From NCBI GenBank assembly GCA_002104945.1, contig MCFH01000039.1:310001-374000 (forward strand): a DNA stretch of 64,000 bases. The letters run 5' to 3'. Made by a program: the position numbers and the translations under genes. The notes under the pieces were generated by a model. It saw only the letters and a program-made list of their open reading frames with translations. It had not been told where the DNA came from and did not search any database. The DNA comes from Piromyces finnis finn (Eukaryota; Fungi; Neocallimastigomycota). Positions 1 to 13,305 of this stretch are shown here, piece after piece. Position 1 is the first letter of the stretch; every line of letters begins with the position of its first letter.

Positions 1-2
1 TG

Positions 3-2654
3 CTATGGGAAAAACTCGAGGTTATTCTAGAAGATAAATTTAATTCAGTTATTAGTGTTAAATATTTTCAAACTTTCAATGATCACTTTTTCTTAGTCAA
101 GGTTCATGGTTCATCGAAAAATTGTATTAAAATCTTACACATGTTAAAGAAGAAACTTTCAGTTACCTCAATTTCCTTTTCAGCTCGTAGTAGAAGGAAT
201 CATAAATACACTTTTTCCACTCTCAAACGTAAAATTTTAGTTTCTAATAAACATCAACATTCTATTCAACAATCATTTCAACAATCAGTTCAACAATCAG
301 TTCAACAATCTCATCAACAATCCGATCTTCAACAAGATCTTCAACAGGATCTTCAACAAGTTTCCCATCATGAAAATATTCCAGATCTACAGCAAACACA
401 ATTTCAATCTCAACATTCAACAATTAATTCTAATAGTTCTATCAACTCTGATAACAGTTCAATAGTTGATAGTTCTTCAGTTTCACAGCCATCTAGTAAT
501 AGTTCTACTTATTCCTCTGATGCATCATCCATTAATAACGATGACTTTAATAATAATAATAATAGCAACGATTCTTCCTCATCCAACAAGCCTGATAACT
601 TTTCTTTTTGTCTTAGTTGGAACACCAATGGGTGGAATCATGAAAAGAGGGATAGTATTAGCTATTTCACAGCTATTTTCAAACCATTATTCTTATGTTT
701 CCAAGAAACTGGTAATGGTTCTGGTTCGAATACAGATTATCCTTGTCGTGTTACTTTGCGAAACTATAGACACTTTTTCAAGAAAGCTGACGAATCAGTT
801 CCGGGAATGAGAGGTTTATATTTAGGTTTTCACAATTCGTGTCAAGCCTCACTTGAAAACTTCTCTGGAAAGTATATTATTTCTATTTATACTTTTAGTC
901 TCTGGAATAGATTCAAATGCTCCATTGGAAATGTTTATATGCCTCATAGTCATCACAACATCTATGTTGATCATGCAAAGTTAGAAGTTCGCTTGTGGTT
1001 ACAAACTCATTCATCCCATTCATCGATTCTTGTTGGTGATTTTAATATGTCTAAAGTAAAATTATCCAACTGGTTATCAACTAATGGATTAGGAGATTGG
1101 GAAATTCTTCCGCTTAGAGGGTCTACTATCTCTTGGACTCGAGGTGATCAATCTTCCGACATTGACCATGCTCTTATCAATTCGAAGATGAAAGATCTTA
1201 TTCACTCAGGATCATTTATAAATAATTTTTATCCTGTATCAGACCATAAGCCACTTCTTATTAATGGTAAAATTATTCCTATGGAAGATTTTTCTAATGA
1301 CTTTAATGTTCCTAAGAAAATTCTGAAATGGAATAGATTAAAATGTATTGAGGAAAAGGAATCTATTCTCAGTCATAATAAATTCCAAATACTTTCAGCA
1401 AAATCCAACGATCCTAATGTTTCTACAGATGAACTTTCCAAAGAGTTTACTTCAACTGCTTTTTCAATTGCAGACGAGCTCAGTATTACTTCAGCAAATA
1501 ATGTTATAAAGTCTTCATTTCATATTTCACAACAAATTTTTAATCTTCAAAAAATCAAAATGAAGTTGTATAAGAGATTTAAAAAAGAAAGAATTTATGA
1601 TATAGATGAATTTATTAAAAGAATTAAAATCTACCGTAAACTCATTGATTACATCCACAAAAGATGTAATGAATTTAGGAAGCAAGAATATCTTTGGATT
1701 AAAACAGGATGTGAGTATATGAAGAGTCATAATCCTAAGAAGGCCTGGAAATGGATCAAGAAAACTGCAAAAATTGGAAAAGATTCTTTCTTTATTGCTC
1801 AACCAATTAAAAATAAAAATGGAGAATTAGTTGTTGCTACGGAAGAACAACTAGATGTGTGGCATGATCATTTCGAAAATCTTGCATCAGACCCAAGTGG
1901 TGTAAGTCTTGATTTGGAGCATTGGTATGAAGAACCAACGAATAAACGTTTTTCACTTCCTATGCTTGATGAGTGGGATATCAACCAAGATATTAGTATT
2001 GATGAAGTCAAGTCAGCTATCCTCACTACTCCAAATTATAAAGCATCAGGTCCGGATGGTATTCCAATTGAATTTTACAAAGCATTAGTTCCATCAAGTA
2101 ATGATTCTAATAATGCTACAGATAATAATTCTTCCGGTAATACTATTTCAGATAATGATGCTCATGGTTTAAATTTTATTCTTAAATTATTCAACCGTAT
2201 TTGGGATGGAGATTTCCCCAACTCATGGAATGAATCCAGTATTGTTTCTATTCCTAAGAAGGGAGATTTGACAGATTGTGATAACTATCGAGGTATATCA
2301 CTTATCAATAATGGTATTAAGTTGATTTCCAAAATTGTCACCACTAGAATCTCAGAATATGGTTTAAAGAATAATTTCATTAGACCTGAACAATTTGGTT
2401 TTCGAAAAAAAGAAGAAAGTATTAGTCTTTTCATTTCAATCCAAGAAATATGCCGTAGACGTCAATTAGATAATAAAGAGACATATTTGGCCTTTTTAGA
2501 TCTCAGGAAAGCATACGATTCAGTCCCAATCGGTAATATTCTCCATAAATTAGATTGTTTAGGAATCCGAGGTAAGAGTCTACAATTCATCAAAAATTTA
2601 TATTTAACATCTAAGGCTAATGTCAAATTAGATGGACAATTCTCGAAATCTTAA
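3..2654 (+). pseudogene. LINE-A ORF, endonuclease plus N-terminal RT; cut short by a deletion-induced frameshift
   Basis: ORF 141..2654 stays open upstream to base 3 (LWEKLEVILEDK...), so the true start is off-window. It ends at GQFSKS*, where copy 2 continues FDVKKGVRQG. Confidence 0.9.
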
Positions 2655-4032
2655 TAACAAGGTTTTGAAAGGGCTTTTCTCAGTCAGTAAATTCTTAAGA
2701 AATCCTAATATTCCTATTCCTTTCAAAAAACTAGTACTTAACTCACAAGTGATTAGCAGAGTTTCATACTTTGCACCATTACTTGGATCCAACAAAGCTA
2801 GGTCTAGGATTGCTCAGAAGCATGTTAACAAAGGAATACGATGGGTTGCCGGAGTTCATAAAGCTGTATCGTTTATATCTTTATACTCTATCTCAAAAGA
2901 TTTGAATATTCCTCCATTGTCAGCCAAATGTGCGTTAGCTCAGGTTAGATGTTTTAACAAATGGAAAAACTCAAATTGTATTATCTCACACCTTGTCAAT
3001 TACATTCCTAAATTTAGAAAATACACGTGGTGCAAATCAAGTAGGACACTTGATAAAAAATTAAAGAAACATGGAGATGTTAAAGCAGTTAAAAACTTTT
3101 ATTGGAAAGATCTCAAAGGGAATTCAATCAAAGCGCAATATTATGATGATAATAAATTTATTGAAACTAAAGATTTTATTAAATTATGTTATGAATACCC
3201 AGAGTTTGCCTATGGCTTCTACTGGCTATTGAAAGCAAGAAGCGGATACAAGTTGGATGCTAGAGTTGCCAAAGCTGCCAAATTTGTTGATCCAGTTTGT
3301 CCTAACTACTGTCCATGTTGCAAGTGTGGAGATCAAAGTATTAAACATTGGTTATTAGATTGTCCAACATTTAGAGATATCCGTATTAAACATTATGATT
3401 CCATAGTCCAGCTACTAAATTTTTTCAGTCAACGTAATTCCAATAGTCCTATCAATAATAATGAAATTGATAATATCAGTAGAGATAGTAATAACATTAA
3501 TAGTAATAGTAACAATAGTAGTAATAACAATAGTAATAGTAACAATAGTAGTAATAATAGTAACAATAGTAATAGTAACAATAGTAACAATAATAATAGT
3601 AGTAGTAGAAATAATAATATTAGTAATGATAGCAATAGTGAAGATAATAATTCTAATTTAGATAGTAATTTAGTTAATGATAGTAATAGTTCTAATAATC
3701 CGGTGAATATTAATGTGTATGATTATTCTAGTGTGTGCAGTAAAATATTTAAATTCCTTCTTGGGGGAAGAAGTTTTAACAATATTAATTACAATTCAAG
3801 GGAATGGAAAGAACTTTGTAAGCGTCAGATTCAATCTGGTACTAACGAAGGAACACCATTCTTGACGGTAACCGCGGAACTTCTAACCAAAATCATGCCT
3901 TTTGCTATTGGCCAGCAATGGTCAATGTTCAAAAGGTTTGAAGCAACATCCAAGAGCGTCAATGCTGAAGAAACAGTAAGACAGGCCAGGAGGGCCAGCG
4001 CAACCAATGGAGATCATAATTTTGTTCCATGA
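2653..4032 (+). pseudogene. LINE-A ORF C-terminal part (post-RT region, CCHC-type zinc finger, Asn/Ser-rich insert)
   Basis: Matches copy 2 from NNKVLKGLFSVSK onward; CPCCKCGDQSIKHWLLDC; FLLGG motif. Confidence 0.9.
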
Positions 4033-4267
4033 CAAAATTTTGATCTTTGGCTCGGTGTCCCATTGGAAGTCAAATACAATTATTATACTTTAGTATGATA
4101 GTGGCTTTCTTACTTTAATTAAAATTACTAGAATACATTATACCCAATTTTTATTCATTTGTGTTAAAACATATTTTTTTTTTATTTTTATTTTTATTTT
4201 TTAATTTTTTATTACATGTATTATAATTTTAATTAAATTAATAATAAAGTTTATAATATTTGATGCC

Positions 4268-4301
<34 letters not shown>

Positions 4302-4303
<2 letters not shown>

Positions 4304-6400
4304 CAAAGTATGCTCTTTCTCATAATTTTATAAGACCTGAGCAATTTGGTTTTCGCAATAAAGAAGAATGCATTAGCTTATTTATTTCCATTAGAGAAAT
4401 CTATCAAAGATGAAAATTTAAAGGAAAAGTAAATTATGTTGCTCTTCTTGACCTTAAAAAAGAATACGACTCAGTTCCTATTTTTAATATCCATACAAAG
4501 CAATATAAATTAGGTATACGTGGTAAATGTTTTGATTTTCTCAATAATCTCTACTCTACCTCAAAAGCTCGTGCACGTTTCTTGGATATGATTTCCAATG
4601 AATTCCCTATAAACCGTGGTGTAAGACAAGGATGTCCTCTTTCTCCTATACTTTTTAACCTTTTTATCAATGATATTTTAAATAAATGTGAAAGGCTTGG
4701 AGTTAGCTTAGGAAATAAACGTTGTTGTGGTGGCCTTTTCGCTGATGACATTGTTTTGATTGCGCCTAGTAAGAAGAACCTTCAAAAGATGCTCAATCTA
4801 GTCCTTGATTGGGCTAATTTAAATGAAATGTCTTTTGGAATAAATAAATGTGCAACTATTGTTGTTAAACCTATCAATTTTAATAGATCCTCTAGTTATG
4901 TTGACCCAACATTTTACATCGGTATGTACTCGATTCCAAAGGTTTCTTGCTATACTTATCTTGGAATCCCATTCGACGAAGATCTTTCTCTGACTCCTAT
5001 TCTGTCTAATATGTACAAAAAAGTTCAGAAATCTTTATTCTCTTTTAAGAACTTCCTCACCAACAATTGTGTTCCTATTGACTTAAAAAATATAGTAATT
5101 CATTCTTATATTTTAAGCAAAGTCTCTTATTATACTCCTTTGCTTGGTTCTAACAAAAATAGAACTAGAAGAGTCCAATCTCTTATCAATACTGCTGTTT
5201 TATGGAGTGTCAATAGCTTTCACAATAAAAGTTTTAATAACAAAGATTTTGTTTTTGAACGAAATTCATTTATTAATTTGTATGCTCTTACAAGAGATAT
5301 GAAGATTCCTACCCTTTCAGGTATTTGTGCTGTGCAACAAGTGAAATGCTTTGTTAAATGGAGAAAATCAAATTGTATTATTAAAGATCTCGTCCGATCT
5401 ATTCCTCCCATGTCTCATTACTCTTGGGCCAAAGAATCTTGTTCACTACATAAGAAGCTTATGAAAATAAATATTAAAAGTACTAAAGATATTAGAGAAT
5501 ACTATTGGAATAATAGTAGCCTAAATAATGGAAGTAAAGCCATCAGATATACTAACAACAAATTCCTTAATTCAAATCGCCTAATGCATATCAGTCTCAA
5601 TAAACCTCACTTAAATTTAGGAATTACCTGGATTATTCGTATTCGATTCGTTTATAAATACACTACCCGAATTGCTATTGCCAGTAATAGAGTTACTCCT
5701 GACTGCCCTCGTGTCTGTTTATGTTGTGGATATGACAAACAATCTTTTTTCCATTGGATATTAAAATGTTCTGCATTCTCTGAGTATAGAACTTCTTCAC
5801 TTAGCTTTCTTGACGATCTTTTTACCCTTTTTTACAATAGATATAAGAATCAATTCATCACATACTTACTCCCCGAAACGGAAGTAAGAAAAACAATTTA
5901 TAACTATATTTTTACGTTCCTTCTTGGTGGAACTTTAGCTTATGATGAGCTACAAATCGATAAGGCGAAACAAAGACATTTGAATGAACAGCTTTACAGT
6001 TCATCGGGGTCTCATGTTCCATAGGTAGAGGGTCTCGGGACTTTTCTTACCTAAGCAATCCCTATAATTAGTAGTTCAATGAAGCTACTTTTTGATTGGT
6101 TTAGTAAGACACCTAATGTCAATAAGAGCGCCGTTGTCGTACCAATATGGCAAAGGAATATTCCTAATGTTCCGTACATAGGGTTCAATGTTTGTATTTC
6201 TTCAAATCAAAACATTATGAGCTCATGGGAGCGTTTAGTAGACACCATACTATCCTACCTGATGCTACTCTTTCATTTAATTTATTAGGTAGGGACCAAT
6301 CCCCCAAAGTACAAATTGCAGAGTTCATTGAACTTTTATGCAACTTTAATAATTATTTTATTTTATATTTATATTTTTATATAAATATATAAATATATTT
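4302..6400 (+). mobile_element. LINE subfamily B, 5'-truncated or interrupted, pseudogenised
   Basis: One frame reads SKYALSHNFIRPEQFGFR, an in-frame TGA at 4411-4413, then GVRQGCPLSP, GGLFADD, YLG and CLCCGYDKQSFFHWILKC. It continues through stops at 6022-6024 and 6052-6054. The protein is clearly diverged from LINE-A. The 3' boundary is approximate. Confidence 0.9.
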
Positions 6401-7467
6401 TATTATTTTGTTTTATATATATATATATTTAATTTTATTATCATTATTATTATTTTTTTATAAATAATTATGTTGATTAGTAATTATATCAAATTACTAT
6501 AATAACTTATTCTTTTATTGTTGTTGTTGTTGTTGTTATTGTTAGTATGATATAAATATGTTGGATTTCGATCCAATCTTTCATGGGAATGAAGAAGAAC
6601 ATTTTTCAAATTATTATAATAGAATAAACTTTCTCTTGTTTCATTATACCCATTACTATACTGATTTATTCTTTTACCGGGAATACTACTACCACCATGT
6701 GTCGCATTAGAATAAATGGATTCGGCAGTAGTACTATAAGGAAGGGAGTATTGGACGATGACAATAATTGCTTATTTCATTTGTAATTAGAGGTTGATCC
6801 TCTTCTTTAAATAATTTTTAGGATAATGAATTGACCTGTTAAAATGGAAAGAAGGTTTTGAAGGGGAAACCGTACTCGGACTCCCCATACTATGAGTACC
6901 GTTGGAAGCATGAATTTCGTTAGAGGTGTAACTAATACCTTTTAAAATTTGAATGACTATAGGTTATTCAAATTTTAAAGGTAGACACGATATTCCGATA
7001 CTATACGAAATTTTTGTAAAAATGAATTTTCACCCTTTTTTGTTTTCCCTAAATCTTTAAAACATTTCTTTTTAAAGCAATAATTACAGCAATATCATAG
7101 GCTAAACTTCCTATTTGTTGTAAAGATACTAATACCCATTTTTTATAGGTATATTCTGCTTTACATTTTGTAATTTCATATCGATTCTCCTTATTATCTT
7201 CATACAAATTTCCGGTAAATATTTGAATTATTTTTATTATATTATAAAGGATACAGATTATCAAAACCCATCGTGTTTTTTCTTTATTTTTAATGAGAAT
7301 TCGAATTCTAATCAAGAGATACCAATCTCCAATAATTTCACTTGAATACCATAATTATATAAAAAGTAATATTTTTATATTAATATTTAAATAAATATTT
7401 AAATAAATGTATATATTAATTAAAAAATAGAGAAATCTAAATCTATATACCATTCTATAATTTTTAT

Positions 7468-8733
7468 TTATTGTATTTCTTTTTTGTAAATAACATTTTC
7501 ATTTGCTTCATGTTCAATAAAATAATTAATTATATAATAACTTCCATAAGAAGAAATTATAGATAATGGTGTTTCACCTTTATTATTAGCTTTGTTTATA
7601 TCCGCTCCTTTTTCTATTAAATATTTCTTAGTATTTCCACCTTTTAGTTCAACTTCTCTATTACAAGCTAATAATAAAGGGGTATTACCTTCAATACCTT
7701 GCTTATTTAAATCCGCACCATAATCAATTAATAACTTAGATATATTTTTTCCCATATTTACAAGATACTAACAATGGTGTTTCACCTTTACTATTTGCTA
7801 TATTTATATTTGCTCCTCTTTCTACTAATAATGGTATACCTTCATCTTTATAAGTACAGCTACACAAACAAAACAAGGGAATCTCACCTTTATTATTGAC
7901 TATATTGACATCCGCGCCTCATTCTACTAAATATTGTATCATTTCTCCATTACCGCTTATATCTTTACAAGCCATATGTAATGGTGTATTACCATTAGTA
8001 TTTTGCATATTAACATCAAAATTATTTTTCAATAAACAGTCTATTGCTTTCTCTTTAAATCCTCTAACGGTATAATATAATGCAGTGTTTTTATCGTTAT
8101 CCTTAATATAAATATTAGCACCATAATTAAGAAATAATTTTAAAACTTCTTACATATTAATATTATCATACCAATAAACCTCACACAATTTAAGTATTGA
8201 CGTAGCTCCTATACTATTTCTTATATTTATATTAGTTCCATACCTAATTAATATAATACCTTTACTATAAAAAAAATAAGGTTATATGTAAGGGAGTTAC
8301 TGACTCGTCAGGTCATCCTGTATGTTCATCTCCATCATAATAATTTGAATTTATATTAAAATTAAGTACAGAATTAAACTTTTCCTCCTTTTCTTTTATC
8401 AATAACAATCTAAATTCTTTTACTGAAAAGGAAACCTTGTTTTTTATAATATAAAAGTAATTTTAAAATAAAATATTATCATATTTAAAATTCTCATCAA
8501 TTTAATAATCTCTATCATACTTGTAATTTTCAAATATTTCTTTTTAACACCTTTTCTAATATTTCTTTTCTTATTATGTCACTTTCTTCATAATTTCTTG
8601 GCTTTAAAATTGAACAAATTAAAAATTTAATATCTTCGACATCAAAACGACCTTCATAATACAAATTATATTCTTTAAGATATTTTATTACCTCGGAATC
8701 TTTTTTATTTTTACAATATTCAAGATTGTTCAT
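7468..8733 (-). pseudogene. Ankyrin-repeat protein pseudogene
   Basis: Fragments GETPLSII, GNTPLLLAC, LIEKGADINKANNKG, GNTPLHMAC and GADVNIVNNKG, broken by stops and frameshifts. Confidence 0.75.
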
Positions 8734-9484
8734 ATTTATTTTCTAAAATAAATATTTTTTTTTATGTTTCAAATGCATAAACAAGCAACATTTCTTAATC
8801 AATTTAAATTTAAACATTAGGGTAGGAGACGGTTGACACGGATCAATTTGACTATATGAGACTTAGTATTATGATTGAAAATATCGTACATTTAATGTAC
8901 ATGGATTAAGTGAGCGTCGAGGCTGAAGATTCAGTATGACAGACCAGGAGGGTCACAACTACCTAGCAATAGGAAAAAGCCAATGTTTCTCTAAGAACTA
9001 TCATTGGAGCTTACTCTGATTGATAGGAGAAATGGACTAGGAAGTTAAAAAAAAACAGTAATAGTAAAATAATATATTACATTACTAAATGAATATTAAA
9101 ATGCGAGAGTAATAAAATGAAAATATTCTTTTTTTTTATTATTATTATTATTATTATTTTTATTAGTATTATCGTTGTAATATCGTTGTCCTACATTAAT
9201 AATTATTTATTTCTTTATTTATTTTCATTATTTATTATTATTTCATTCAAAGGTTACTTTCTTTTTTTATATTTAAAAAAAAAAAGAGAGAAAAAATGTG
9301 GGTTTTTTTTTTATAAAAAAGTGGAATGGGTTACAAAAAAAAAAAAAATTAAATTTTTTAAATAAAAATTATCAAGTTAAAAATTAAATTTTTATAATTA
9401 AATTCTTTGACAATTTCTGTTACACAAAATAAATTCATTTATTTTTTTTTTTAATTAAAAAAAAAATAAAAAAATAAAACCTGT

Positions 9485-9583
9485 TTAGTTTGTTAACGGA
9501 TTACTTTAGAGTATGCATGCTTAGTTTGTTCATTAATGTTATTATTAATGGTTTACTTTAGAGTATGCATGCTTAGTTTGTTC
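9485..9583. repeat. Short direct repeat: 31-bp unit TTACTTTAGAGTATGCATGCTTAGTTTGTTC twice (9501-9531, 9553-9583)
   Basis: Two exact copies 52 bp apart, plus a partial TTAGTTTGTT at 9485. Confidence 0.85.
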
Positions 9584-9952
9584 GTTTATTAACAAAATAC
9601 TTTAAATAGAATTGATAAAGATATCTAGATGTTTTAAAAAAAAAGTTATACTAGATGTTTTTTTTTACAAGTAAATTGTATTGTTGATGGTTTATTAAAA
9701 ATATATATATATTTAAAAGGTTTATTTCTAAGAAAACTTTATGATTTTGAAATGTGTAATTTTTTTTCTTATGAAGTATTAACATAGTAAACTTTAAAAA
9801 AAAAAAGGTTTATATCTATAAATTTGAAATTATACACATTTACCTCAAATAATAATATGAATAATTATAATTATAATAATTAATTCATAACATTATTATA
9901 AAGAAAAAAAAAGTTAATATTTCGAAATTATCTTATTATTATTATTTATTAA

Positions 9953-9996
<44 letters not shown>

Positions 9997-10342
9997 ATTA
10001 TTTAAATTAATGATTTAAATTTAAAGAATTAGAATAATCATTTTTTAATATTTCTATTTCTATAAATATTATATTGCTTCTAATAGTATTACATATCATT
10101 GATAATGTAATTACTATTATTATTATTTCTATTATCTTTTGATTTTTTTTTTTATTGTTATTATCTATTGATATTGGAAGGACTATTGGAATGATTTTGC
10201 TAAAAATTATTATTGAATATTTGAATTAAATCATTGTAATATTAATACTTAATACGGATAGTTAGATTTATCAACTTTTTTTTTAGTAGTCTTTAATAAA
10301 TATATTTGGAAAAATTGAAAGTTTTCCTAATTTTAATGATAA

Positions 10343-12607
10343 TTTTTTTTTTAACGGTATCAAATATTTTAAACTTTATTATTAATTTAGTTAAAATTAT
10401 AATACATGTAATATAAAAAATTAAAATTAAAAATAAAATAAAAAAAAAATATGTTTTAACACAAATGAATAAAAATTGGGTATAATGTATTCGAGTCATT
10501 TTAATTAAAGTAAGAAAGCCACTATGATACGAAAGTATAATAATTGTATTTGACTTCCAGTGGGACACCGAGCCAAAGATCAAAATTTTGTCATGGAACA
10601 AAATTATGATCTCCATTGGTTGCGCTGGCCCTCCTGGCCTGTCTTACTGTTTCTTCAGCATTGACGCTCTTGGATGTTGCTTCAAACCTTTTGAACATTG
10701 ACCATTGCTGGCCAATAGCAAAAGGCATGATTTTGGTTAGAAGTTCCGCGGTTACCGTCAAGAATGGTGTTCCTTCATTAGTACCAGATTAAATCTGACG
10801 CTTACAAAGTTCTTTCCATTCCCTTGAATTGTAATTGATATTGTTAAAACTTCTTCCCCCAAGAAGGAATTTAAATATTTTACTGCACACACTAGAATAA
10901 TCATACACATTAATATTCACCGGATTATTAGAACTATTACAATTATTAACTAAATTACTATCTAAATTAGAATTATTATCTTCACTATTGCTATCATTAC
11001 TAATATTATTATTTCTACTACTACTATTATTATTGTTACTATTGTTACTATTACTATTGTTACTATTATTACTACTATTGTTACTATTACTATTGTTATT
11101 ACTACTATTGTTACTATTACTATTAATATTATTACTATCTCTACTGATATTATCAATTTCATTATTATTGATAGGACTATTGGAATTACGTTGACTGAAA
11201 AAATTTAATAGCTGGACTATGGAATCATAATGTTTAATACGGATATCTCTAAATGTTGGACAATCTAATAACCAATGTTTAATACTTTGATCTCCACACT
11301 TGCAACATGGACAGTAGTTAGGACAAACTGGATCAACAAATTTGGCAGCTTTGGCAACTCTAGCATCCAACTTGTATCCGCTTCTTGTTTTCAATAGCCA
11401 GTAGAAGCCATAGGCAAACTCTGGGTATTCATAACATAATTTAATAAAATCTTTAGTTTCAATAAATTTATTATCATCATAATATTGCGCTTTGATTGAA
11501 TTCCCTTTGAGATCTTTCCAATAAAAGTTTTTAACTGCTTTAACATTTTTATGCTTCTTTAATTTTTTATCAAGTTTCCTATTTGATTTTCATCATGTAT
11601 ATTTTCTAAATTTAGGAATGTAATTGACAAGGTGTGAGATAATACAATTCGAGTTTTTCCATTTGTTAAAACATCTAACCTGAGCTAACGCACATTTGGC
11701 TGACAATGGAGGAATATTCAAATCTTTTGAGATAGAGTATAGAGATATAAACGATACAGCTTTATGAACTCCGGCAACCCATCGTATTCCTTTGTTAACA
11801 TGCTTCTGAGCAATTCTAGACCTAGCTTTGTTGGATCCAAGTAATGGTGCAAAGTATGAAACTCTGCTGATTACTTGTGAGTTAAGTACTAGCTTTTTGA
11901 AAGGAATAGGAATATTAGAATTTCTTAAGAATTTACTGACTGAGAAAAGTCCTTTCAAAACCTTGTTATTAAGAGCTTTAATTACTGGTTTAAGGGACAG
12001 ATTCTTATCAAATGGAACACCAAGATAAGTATAACAATCAGTAGTTGGAATGGGTTGTCCTGCTAAGTAAAATGTTGGATCTTTCTTGTTCTGATTTTCT
12101 ATTGATTCAGGACGAATCACCATCGTTGAACATTTCTGGATACCAAATTCCATTTCATTATACAATGCCCATTCATTAACTCTTCTAAGCATCTTTTTTA
12201 AGCATCCTCTTGTTGGAGCACAAATAACTATATCATCTGCAAAAAGTCCACCACAGCATCGAGTGTCACCTAAATTGACTCCAAGATCTTCGCACTCTTT
12301 AAATATATCATTAATAAAGAGATTAAAGAGAATAGGAGAAAGAGGGCAACCTTGACGGACCCCTTTCTTCACATCAAAAGATTTCGAGAATTGTCCATCT
12401 AATTTGACATTAGCCTTAGATGTTAAATATAAATTTTTGATAAATTGTAAATTCTTACCTCGGATTCCTAAACAATCTAATTTATGGAGAATATTACCGA
12501 TTGGGACTGAATCGTATGCTTTCCTGAGATCTAAAAAGGCCAAATATGTCTCTTTATTATCTAATTGATGTCTACGGTATATTTCTTGGATTGAAATGAA
12601 AAGACTA
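10343..12607 (-). mobile_element. LINE subfamily A copy 2, 5'-truncated, with 15-bp TSD
   Basis: Near-identical to copy 1 but keeps the RT core (GVRQGCPLSP, GGLFADD). Poly(A) appears as T10 at 10343-10352. TAATTTTAATGATAA flanks it at 10328-10342 and 12628-12642. Premature stops near 11590-11595 and at 10789. Confidence 0.93.
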
Positions 12608-13305
12608 TTTTTCAAAATTGCCTTTTTTAATTTTAATGATAAAAGTCTATATTGCAATGATACATAATGTCTCAATTTATAAATAATTTTTTTTTTTTTT
12701 TTTTGGTTATTATAAAAACATGTAAAAAAAAAAAAAAGATAATAATTTGATAACATTGATATTTATTTCCTTTTTTTTTTTCTTTTTATTTATTTTTTAT
12801 TTTATTCTATTACTATTTTAAAATTTTATTTCCTTTCTTTTTTTTTTTTTTTTCAATATATATTTTTTCCCAAAAATTATTTTTCGGGAAAAGAATAATC
12901 AATATTCCTTTTTTTATTTTTTTAGTATAATTTTTTTTTTTAAGAAAAAAAAAAATTCATATAATAATCCTGAGAGTTACAAAAAAAAATTAAATAAAAA
13001 AAATATTTAATAAAAAAAAATATATTTTATTTTCTTTTTTAATTTTAGTTACATATACAAAATTTTTATTTTTATTTCTTTTTTGTTGTAAAACTATACT
13101 AAACTTTTAAACTATATTTTTAAAAAAAAAAAAAAAATCTATAAAATAAAAAAAATTTTTTATAAACATTAGGTTTTTGTTGTTGATTGCTTGGTTTTTT
13201 TTTATTTTTTTTTTTAATATTATTTTAAATTTATCTGTTGTTTAAATTTATCATTACTATTGACCGAATTTATTAATCAACAGATAAAACATAAAATAAA
13301 ATGGA

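Larger units (their letters stand above)
1..4301 (+). mobile_element. LINE (APE-type non-LTR retrotransposon), subfamily A copy 1; 5' end outside the window, RT core deleted
   Basis: Endonuclease motifs (SWNTNG, CFQET, ILVGDFN, SDIDH, SDHKP), RT N-half (KASGPDGIP, NYRGISL, EQFGFR, FLDLRKAYDS), C-terminal CPCC..HWLLDC zinc finger, 3' UTR and poly(A) at 4271-4301. Confidence 0.95.

Noticed and set aside
3429-3661. Poly-Leu and poly-Ile ORFs (also 10962-11194, 30682-32006, 45907-46236)
   Set aside because: Alternative-frame or antisense readings of (AAT)n, (AGT)n and (TAAA)n low-complexity tracts.
9117-9365. Short hydrophobic ORFs (also 7049-7315, 10293-10616, 58419-58631)
   Set aside because: Compositional artefacts of AT-rich intergenic or LINE 3' UTR sequence.
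9501-9583. CRISPR-like repeat-spacer-repeat
   Set aside because: Only two repeats with a 21-nt AT-rich spacer, a eukaryotic context and no cas genes.
9954-9993. Long poly(A) as a retrotransposon or retrogene tail
   Set aside because: No element body or TSD; long A/T homopolymers occur throughout the window.
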